The position numbers were made by a program, and so were the translations under genes. From NCBI GenBank assembly GCA_041391505.1, contig JAWKNW010000001.1, positions 200,410 through 264,409 of the forward strand: a stretch of DNA of 64,000 nucleotides. Direction: 5' to 3'. Of this stretch, positions 57,600 through 64,000 are shown piece by piece. A model generated the notes under the pieces. That model searched no databases and was not told where the DNA came from. It saw only the letters and a list, made by a program, of their open reading frames with translations. Positions within the stretch are counted from its first letter, which is position 1. Every line of letters starts with the position of its first letter. This stretch comes from Rhodothermales bacterium (GTDB lineage: Bacteria; Bacteroidota; Rhodothermia; Rhodothermales; JAHQVL01).

Positions 57600-57615
57600 T
57601 GCTACTTTTATAGCA
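57600..57615. promoter_or_regulatory. candidate BlaI-family operator dyad 2 (TGCTA-N6-TAGCA)
   Basis: TGCTACTTTTATAGCA has the same half-sites and spacing as dyad 1. The centres are 62 bp apart. It lies 79 nt upstream of the hmgA ATG. Confidence 0.5.
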
Positions 57616-57693
57616 CTTTTTCTGAATGAAACCCCCGCCGGCCCGAATTGTGAAAGCAAAAGACGTTCAACCCTGAACCGCGAGGACCCCGAC

Positions 57694-58872
57694 ATGCCCA
57701 TCTACCATCGCCTTGGCGCCATGCCCGCCAAACGCCACACCGTGTTTCAAAAAACCGGAGGCGGGCTCTATCATGAAGAACTCTTCGGGACGATCGGCTT
57801 CGACGGGATGTCGTCGCTGATGTATCACATCCACCGCCCGACGATGGTGAAGGAGATCGCCGGCGCGGCGGATGCCGCCCCCAAGATCGCGGTCGACCGC
57901 AACCTCAAGGCCCGGCTCTTCAAGGGATTCCAGATCTCGCGCCGGGACGACTTCCTCCAGAGCCGCGAGACGCTGCTCGTCAACAGCGACATCCACATCG
58001 GTCTGGCCGCGCCCCGGACCTCGATGACGGACTACTTCTACAAAAACGCCGACGCCGACGAGTTGCTCTTCATCCACGAGGGCCGGGGCACGCTCCGCAC
58101 CATGCTCGGACGCATCCCGTTCGAACCGGGCGACTACGTAGTGATCCCGCGCGGCACGATCTATCAGATCGATTTTGAGACCACGAGCAACCGCCTGCTG
58201 TTCGCCGAATCCTTCCACCCGATCTATACGCCGAAGCGGTACCGCAACTGGTACGGCCAGTTGCAGGAGCACGCGCCGTTTTGCGAGCGGGACTACATCC
58301 TCCCGCGCGACCTGGAGACGCACGACGAACTGGGCGACTTCGTCATCAAGATCAAGAAACAGGGCATGCTGCACGAGGTCGTCTACGCGGCGCACCCGTT
58401 CGACCTCGTGGGCTGGGACGGCTACAATTTCGCGTACGGCTTCTCCATCCATAACTTCGAACCCATCACGGGGCGCATCCACCAGCCGCCGCCCGTGCAC
58501 CAGACGTTCGAGACCACCGCGTTCGTCGTCTGCTCCTTCTGCCCCCGGATGTACGACTACCATCCCGACGCCATCCCCGCCCCGTACAACCATTCGAACA
58601 TCGACTCCGACGAGGTGCTCTATTACGTCGACGGCGACTTCATGAGCCGCAACAACATCGATCGGGGCCACATCACCCTGCATCCGGGCGGCATCCCGCA
58701 TGGGCCGCACCCGGGGGCGTATGAGCGGAGCATCGGCAAGAAGGAAACCCAGGAGCTGGCCGTCATGATCGACACGTTCAAGCCGCTCATGGTCACCGAA
58801 AACGCCCTGGCGCTGGACGACGGCGCCTATTTCCAATCCTGGCTTGACCAGCCGCTCAACATCATCACCTGA
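57694..58872 (+). CDS. hmgA: homogentisate 1,2-dioxygenase (short, about 390-aa form)
   Basis: MPIYHRLGAMPAKRHTVF...GLYHEELFGTIGFDGMSSLMYH and the cupin core. Followed by fumarylacetoacetase. Confidence 0.85.
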   Translation: MPIYHRLGAMPAKRHTVFQKTGGGLYHEELFGTIGFDGMSSLMYHIHRPTMVKEIAGAADAAPKIAVDRNLKARLFKGFQISRRDDFLQSRETLLVNSDIHIGLAAPRTSMTDYFYKNADADELLFIHEGRGTLRTMLGRIPFEPGDYVVIPRGTIYQIDFETTSNRLLFAESFHPIYTPKRYRNWYGQLQEHAPFCERDYILPRDLETHDELGDFVIKIKKQGMLHEVVYAAHPFDLVGWDGYNFAYGFSIHNFEPITGRIHQPPPVHQTFETTAFVVCSFCPRMYDYHPDAIPAPYNHSNIDSDEVLYYVDGDFMSRNNIDRGHITLHPGGIPHGPHPGAYERSIGKKETQELAVMIDTFKPLMVTENALALDDGAYFQSWLDQPLNIIT

Positions 58873-58879
58873 CCGGCCC

Positions 58880-60115
58880 ATGCCCGCATCGTGGATTCCC
58901 ATTCCCGCCGATTCTGATTTCTCGCTTCACAACCTCCCGTTCGGGATTTTTTCCGCACCCGGCCGGCTCCCCGGGGCCGGCGTGGCCATTGGCGACCAGA
59001 TCCTGGACCTGGCCGCCGCGGCGTCGGCCGGCCTCTTCGAGGGGCTGACACTCGACGCGTCCGTATTCCGCCAGCCCTCGCTCAACGCCTTCATCTGGCT
59101 CGGCAAGGGGATGACGAACGCCGTTCGAGACCGCATCGCGGCGACCCTGGTGGACCCGGATTCCCCGCTGCGCGGCTCCAGGGCGCTGGTGGCCCAATCG
59201 GACGCCACGATGCATCTGCCGGTGGAGATCGGGGACTATACCGACTTTTATTCGAGCATCGACCACGCGACCAACGTCGGCAAGATGTTTCGGGACCCCG
59301 ATCATGCGTTGCTGCCCAACTGGCGGCATATCCCGGTCGGGTACCACGGCCGCGCCTCTTCGATCGTCGTGAGCGGGACACCGATACGCCGGCCGTGGGG
59401 ACAGGTGCTTCCCCCAGCCGCCGAGTCGCCCATCTTCAAACCCACCGGCCGGCTCGACTTCGAACTCGAGGTCGCCTTCGTGATCGGAAAAGACAGCGAC
59501 CTCGGCGATCCCGTACCGCTCCACGATGCCGAGGCGTACATCTTCGGCCTCGTCCTGTTCAACGACTGGTCGGCCCGCGACATCCAGAAATGGGAATATG
59601 TGCCGCTCGGCCCGTTCCTCGCCAAAAATTTCGGCTCCTCGATGTCGCCCTGGGTCGTTCCCCTCGAAGCGCTCGAAGCCTTCCGGATCGCCGGCCCGAT
59701 CCAGGAGCCGGCCGTCCTGCCCTACCTGCGCAGCGAACATCCGGGGCATTTCGACATCCCGCTCGAGGTGAGCCTCACCCCGGAGGACGGACCGGAGACC
59801 GTGGTGAGCCGTTCGAATTTCCGGCACCTTTACTGGAGCATGGCCCAGCAACTCGCGCATCACACCGTGAACGGGTGCAACGTACGCGTGGGCGACGTCC
59901 TGGCCTCGGGCACCATCAGCGGTCCGGACGCCGGCGCCTACGGCTCCATGCTCGAACTGGCCTGGGGCGGCAGCAAGCCGCTATCGCTCGCCGGCGGAGC
60001 CTCACGCGCCTTCATCGAAGACGGCGACACGGTCACCCTGCGCGGACAGGCCCGAAAAGGCGTCATCACGGTCGGGTTCGGGGAAGTCCAAACCCGGATT
60101 CTACCCGCCCGCTGA
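58880..60115 (+). CDS. fahA: fumarylacetoacetase
   Basis: Start MPASWIPIPADSDFSLHNLPFGIFS at 58880. DYTDFYSS, GYHGRASS, FELEVAFVIG, FGLVLFNDWSARDIQKWEYVPLGPF. Confidence 0.9.
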   Translation: MPASWIPIPADSDFSLHNLPFGIFSAPGRLPGAGVAIGDQILDLAAAASAGLFEGLTLDASVFRQPSLNAFIWLGKGMTNAVRDRIAATLVDPDSPLRGSRALVAQSDATMHLPVEIGDYTDFYSSIDHATNVGKMFRDPDHALLPNWRHIPVGYHGRASSIVVSGTPIRRPWGQVLPPAAESPIFKPTGRLDFELEVAFVIGKDSDLGDPVPLHDAEAYIFGLVLFNDWSARDIQKWEYVPLGPFLAKNFGSSMSPWVVPLEALEAFRIAGPIQEPAVLPYLRSEHPGHFDIPLEVSLTPEDGPETVVSRSNFRHLYWSMAQQLAHHTVNGCNVRVGDVLASGTISGPDAGAYGSMLELAWGGSKPLSLAGGASRAFIEDGDTVTLRGQARKGVITVGFGEVQTRILPAR

Positions 60116-60118
60116 ATA

Positions 60119-60241
60119 GCTTCTGTCTGAAAAATATTTCAGACAGAAGCGTATCCTGAATGTGATTCAGGATCCAACGCTGTTTTGGAGGTATTTGGGT
60201 GCTCCGGTACGACCCGAACGAATTTTCAGTCACAGCCTGGA
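60119..60241 (+). repeat. roughly 120-nt structured intergenic repeat, copy 2 (see 4378..4497)
   Basis: Starts 4 nt after the fahA stop. Hairpin 1: TTCTGTCTGAAA-AATA-TTTCAGACAGAA. Hairpin 2: ATCCTGAAT-GTG-ATTCAGGAT. Then CCAACGCTGTTTTGG....GGTGCTC...GAACGAATTTTCAGTCACAGCC. Confidence 0.9.
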
Positions 60242-60358
60242 TCGCCCACATTTCATCTTTTTCCCGTCCGTTCGACGGTATGCCGGCCCGCTTCCCCGTG
60301 TCTATTGAAAGAAACAGGCGTCCACCGCGCCCTGGTTTCCCCTTTCGACAGACACGCC

Positions 60359-62020
60359 ATGCCCATCGGCCGCACCCTGCTTTTCCTCGCCGCACTGGCG
60401 ACGCACACCTGCCCTTCGGGAGCTCAGGACAACGCCTGGATCTGGGCGGACACCCTGGACCTGCAAGCCGGCGCGGCCGGCGTGGCGCCTCTTTTTGCAA
60501 CGGCCCTGCCCGCCGGCGAGGTATACAGCTTCCAGCTCGACGTCATTTTCGACCCCTCGGTGCTGGCGATTGAAGACATCTCTACCCGGGGCACCCTTTC
60601 GGAAGGGGGTCTGCTTTACTCGGCATCCCCTGCGCCGGGACGCGTCCGGATCGCCTTTGCGACCGACTCGCCGCTCGCGTCGGAGGGCGCGCTGTGCCAC
60701 CTCCTCATCCGGGCAGGCGATCAGGCCGGCGCAAGCGCACTGACCCTGGAAGCGGTGCTCCTCAACGAAACCCCGCCCGGTCGCCCCGCCGGACCGGGAC
60801 GCGTGACCCTCAGCGAGGCCCCGCCGCTGCCGGCGCGTTTCGCCGTACCGGATACCCTGGCCGAAGCCGGCCGGCCGATCCGTCTCCCGCTGCGGCTTTT
60901 TGGAAGCGCCGTGCCCGTCTACAGCCTCGAACTCGATCTGCGGTACGACGCCGGGGCGCTGGCCCTCGTTGCCGTCGATCCCGCCCTGACCAGCGCCCTG
61001 TATCGCGTGGATCCCCGCGAGCCGGGGCGGCTGAGCGTCTACATCGCCTCGGCCACGCCCTGGCCACCGGAAGCCGACCTGTTCGCCATGACCTTCGACC
61101 CGGTAGCGGAAGCGAAGGACACGCGCCTCACGCTGGCGTCGGCGCGCCTGAACGAAACGCCGGCATCCACCGCCCTGTCGGGCGGCCACATTCGGCTCCG
61201 CCCGCCCGTTATCCCGGGCGATGTCGATGGCGATCGCACGATCTCCCCCGACGACGCCTGGCGGGTGCTCGACTTCCTGGCGAGCCTGACGGCGTTCGAC
61301 GACCGGCAAACCCGCGCGGCGGAGGTATCGGGAAACGGCAGTATCACCTCCTACGACGCCGCGCTGATCCTGCAACGCGCCGCCGGCACGCTCCCCTGTT
61401 TTCCGGTCGAGGCAGCCTGCGCGGCGGGCAAACGCCGGCCAGACGATGCCGGTTTCGTCTACTGGGATGCCCCCCCAGGCGGAGCACTGGCGGTCGGCTT
61501 CACCGCCGGCGATAACGCGACGCACGGCCTGACCGTGCGCCTGCCGATCGACGCCGGCCTCGAATCAACACGGTTGCCGGACGACTGGCAGATGCGCACG
61601 TTCAGTGAGGGCGCGTATCGGACGACCGTGATGGCCGGCCCGACGGCGCTGCCCACCGGCCACATCGCGCTGCTGCGTCCGCCCGCGACGCCGACCGCGC
61701 CGGCGACCCTCGTGGTCGACGACCGCGTGTTCACCCTCGACTGGCCGGCACGAGGCGTGCCCGGCGCACCGGACCTCATCGCCTACCCCAACCCGGCCGC
61801 CGGGCCGACGACGGTGCGCTTCTCAACCGAGCAGGAAGGCCCGGCCGTCCTCGTCCTGTACGATGCGATCGGCCGCGAACGCGTCCGGCTCGTCGACAAC
61901 CCGCTGCCCGCCGGCGAGCACGCGGTGACCGTCGGACGCCGCGGCCTCCCGGCCGGCGTGTATTTCCTGGTGCTGAAAACCCCTCGAGGACGATCCTCCC
62001 GCAAACTCGCCTTCCTCTGA
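60359..62020 (+). CDS. T9SS-sorted surface protein with two cohesin-like modules and one dockerin module
   Basis: Start MPIGRTLLFLAALATHTCPSGAQ. Cohesin-like segments: VYSFQLDVIFDPSVLAIEDIS...GRVRIAFAT...ALCHLLIRAG and VYSLELDLRYDAGALALVAVD...LSVYIASAT. Dockerin: GDVDGDRTISPDDAWRVLDFL...EVSGNGSITSYDAALILQRAAG. C-terminal T9SS CTD: AYPNPAAGPTTVRFS...AGVYFLVLKT. Confidence 0.65.
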   Translation: MPIGRTLLFLAALATHTCPSGAQDNAWIWADTLDLQAGAAGVAPLFATALPAGEVYSFQLDVIFDPSVLAIEDISTRGTLSEGGLLYSASPAPGRVRIAFATDSPLASEGALCHLLIRAGDQAGASALTLEAVLLNETPPGRPAGPGRVTLSEAPPLPARFAVPDTLAEAGRPIRLPLRLFGSAVPVYSLELDLRYDAGALALVAVDPALTSALYRVDPREPGRLSVYIASATPWPPEADLFAMTFDPVAEAKDTRLTLASARLNETPASTALSGGHIRLRPPVIPGDVDGDRTISPDDAWRVLDFLASLTAFDDRQTRAAEVSGNGSITSYDAALILQRAAGTLPCFPVEAACAAGKRRPDDAGFVYWDAPPGGALAVGFTAGDNATHGLTVRLPIDAGLESTRLPDDWQMRTFSEGAYRTTVMAGPTALPTGHIALLRPPATPTAPATLVVDDRVFTLDWPARGVPGAPDLIAYPNPAAGPTTVRFSTEQEGPAVLVLYDAIGRERVRLVDNPLPAGEHAVTVGRRGLPAGVYFLVLKTPRGRSSRKLAFL

Positions 62021-62043
62021 CCCCCTCCTTGCAATAACAGCTT

Positions 62044-64000
62044 ATGAGACTACCCTTCTGGCTCCTCGTGACGTCGATCCTGCTCGTCAACACGGCCGAC
62101 GTCGACGCCCAATCCTGCGTGCTGCCGCGCAACTGCGGAGCGGGCGCCGTGTGCGTGGCCGGCGGCGTATGCCGGCCTGTGCGGGAAGCCCTCGGCCAGG
62201 ATGGAGACCGCCTGTTCTGGGTGGATGGCGCGGCCGGCGACGACCGATCCGCCGGCACCGAGGCGGCCCCCTGGGCCACGATCGGCCGCAGCATGCAGCC
62301 GGGCGTCCTCCGGCCGGGCGACGCCGTGATCGTCCGCGAAGGCCGCTACCACGAGGCCATCGTTCCGCCGGCTGGAGGGCTCCCGGGCCGCCCCATCCGC
62401 CTCCTCGCCTTCCCCGGCGACAGCGTCATCGTTTCGGGCGCGATGCCGCTGAACGGGTCCTGGCTGCGCGAGGGCGGCGACTGGGTCCTGCCCTGGCCGT
62501 TTCCTCCGCTATGGACCCGCCGGGTCCACGACGGCGTGCCGCAGGACGACGACGCGCGCCGGCGCGATGTCATCATCCTCAACGGCCAGATGCTCAAACC
62601 GGTCTACCGCCGCGAAGACCTCTACGAATCCGCCTTCTACCTCGAGGGCTCGCCCGACGCGCCGTCGCGACTCTTCGTGCGTCTGCCCGCCAGCATCGAC
62701 GCGAACCGGCAACGCTGGGAAACGAGCCGGCTCCCCCACCTCTTCCGGACGTCCGACAACGAAACGAGCTGCCTGAGCGGCACGCAGCGAAGCTACTTCC
62801 ACCTGATCGGACTCACCTTCGAGCACGTGGCCAACGAAGGCCAGCAGGGAGCGGTTTGCATTGGCGGCGAGGGCTCGCTGCTGGAGGACGTGACGGTGCG
62901 CTGGACCAATGGCGCCGGCTTCCTGATATCCGGAGCCGGCCAGACCGTGCGCGGCGCGGCGGCCTGGTATAACGGGATGACCGGCATCCGGGGGGAACGG
63001 TGCGACCGGTGTCTGCTGGAGCACAGCCTGTCCCGGCGCAACAACTGGAAAGGGTATGCCCCGTTCTGGGAGTCCGGTGGCGGAAAATGGCTCTACACGA
63101 CGCGCTCGGTATTTAGATACCTCGAGTTCTCGGAGAACGAGGGGCCCGGTCTCTGGCTCGATGCCTACAACACCGGCAACACGGTGGAATCCAGTCGATT
63201 CCACGGCAACTACGGCGTCAACCTCTTTATCGAACTCCAGAGCAACGACAACGTGGTGCGCAACAACGTGATGACCGGGGCGCGCTATGCGCGGCCTTCC
63301 TTCTTCGGGTACGGACTCCTCATTCATGCGAGCGACCGCAACCTGGTGCTGCACAACACGATGATGGCGAACGAAGGGGGCGGCATGCGCATTCGCGCAG
63401 ACAGCCGCGGCGCGGCGGTCGAGAATCGATACGACAACAACCTCTTCATCGCCAACCTCAGGTTCCAGGGGCTGACGGGGCGCGATCTCGCTTTCGAAAA
63501 CCACCGGACGCTCGAAGCCGCCCGATCCAATCAGGGCGACGGCAATGTGTTCTGGCGCCGGCGGTACGCCACGAGTTCGTACCAGACCTTCTACCTGCGC
63601 CTGCTCAACGCCTCGGGAAGCGACATCCTGAGCACCTCCGATCTCGCCGCCTGGCAGCTGCGTCTTCAAACCGACCTCCACTCCTGGTCGTTGTCGCCCG
63701 ACGCCGCACACGGACTGGACACGACCGATACGCTGGCGGGCTGGCGGATGCGCGAGGCCTCGATCCTCCGTGGCACAGCACACCCCCTCGCCCGGGTGGA
63801 GACCGACATCGACGGCGAGGCGCGGCCGGCGGACGGGGCCGACCCGGGCGCCGACCAGTACGGAGGCCCGGGCCCCCGCTTGATCGCCCCGGGCGACGCC
63901 TCGGCCGATGGCCGGCTCACCGCGTACGACGCCTCGCTCATCCTTCGGAGTCTGCGGGGCATCGCCACGGGCCCGGGCGCGTACGATGCGACGGGAGACG
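62044..64000 (+). CDS. secreted right-handed parallel beta-helix (pectate-lyase-fold) protein with dockerin-like C-terminal segment; 3' end beyond the window
   Basis: Not in the ORF track (no stop in the window). ATG at 62044, with signal peptide MRLPFWLLVTSILLVNTADVDAQ. Beta-helix NxxxxN-type turns (GNTVESSRFHGNYGVNLFIELQSNDNVVRNNVM, NLVLHNTMMANEGGG). Near the window end, GDASADGRLTAYDASLILRSLRG is dockerin-like. Confidence 0.75.
   Translation, partial: MRLPFWLLVTSILLVNTADVDAQSCVLPRNCGAGAVCVAGGVCRPVREALGQDGDRLFWVDGAAGDDRSAGTEAAPWATIGRSMQPGVLRPGDAVIVREGRYHEAIVPPAGGLPGRPIRLLAFPGDSVIVSGAMPLNGSWLREGGDWVLPWPFPPLWTRRVHDGVPQDDDARRRDVIILNGQMLKPVYRREDLYESAFYLEGSPDAPSRLFVRLPASIDANRQRWETSRLPHLFRTSDNETSCLSGTQRSYFHLIGLTFEHVANEGQQGAVCIGGEGSLLEDVTVRWTNGAGFLISGAGQTVRGAAAWYNGMTGIRGERCDRCLLEHSLSRRNNWKGYAPFWESGGGKWLYTTRSVFRYLEFSENEGPGLWLDAYNTGNTVESSRFHGNYGVNLFIELQSNDNVVRNNVMTGARYARPSFFGYGLLIHASDRNLVLHNTMMANEGGGMRIRADSRGAAVENRYDNNLFIANLRFQGLTGRDLAFENHRTLEAARSNQGDGNVFWRRRYATSSYQTFYLRLLNASGSDILSTSDLAAWQLRLQTDLHSWSLSPDAAHGLDTTDTLAGWRMREASILRGTAHPLARVETDIDGEARPADGADPGADQYGGPGPRLIAPGDASADGRLTAYDASLILRSLRGIATGPGAYDATGD

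Noticed and set aside
62509-63783. 424-aa minus-strand ORF and 62151..62972 plus-strand ORF listed in the track
   Set aside because: Both overlap the much longer open frame starting at 62044, which has a signal peptide and beta-helix repeats and runs to the window end. The listed ORFs are Arg/Pro-rich shadows.

Overview
High-GC (by eye mid-60s %) bacterial chromosome segment. T9SS C-terminal sorting domains, the GroEL sequence and the gene content suggest a Rhodothermales-like member of the Bacteroidota/Rhodothermota group; this is an inference. Most of the window is housekeeping or metabolic: tRNA-Arg, a UMF1-type MFS permease, Nif3, a COG1579-like protein, RNase P RNA, secG, a NUDIX hydrolase, rsmE, an Omp85-family protein, mutY, groES/groEL with a CIRCE operator, mscL, glpK/glpF, an acyl-CoA ligase, metZ, a Na+/solute symporter, hmgA plus fumarylacetoacetase, an SDR, a YbaK-like deacylase and FxsA.

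The accessory and unusual content is as follows.
- A blaI/blaR1-type operon whose sensor domain is replaced by DIDIP micro-repeats and about 12 tandem 29-aa repeats. It is followed by a secreted paralogue of the same repeat array and preceded by two identical-format operator dyads.
- Two families of intergenic palindromes built from 7-nt units (GGTTCAA/GGTTTGA type and GGATGCA/GGGATTC type).
- A roughly 120-nt structured repeat present twice, each time directly 3' of a stop codon.
- A roughly 5.6-kb low-GC island (about 32.07-37.65 kb). It carries a frameshifted serine-hydrolase gene, a small lipoprotein and an IorB-type molybdoenzyme subunit with no IorA partner. It may be inserted inside one of the heptad palindromes.
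- A compact flagellin / small ORF / fliS cluster with two near-identical sigma-28-type promoters.
- A T9SS-sorted cohesin+dockerin protein next to a beta-helix protein with a dockerin-like tail.
- A 1522-aa propeller-type hybrid kinase with two kinase cores.

No CRISPR array, transposase, integrase or recognisable defence system was seen. Two coding regions are missing from the ORF track because they run off the window edges (1..226 minus, 62044..64000 plus). One candidate 42-aa ORF is below the track's length cut-off. All functional calls rest on motif recognition by eye; no database search was possible.
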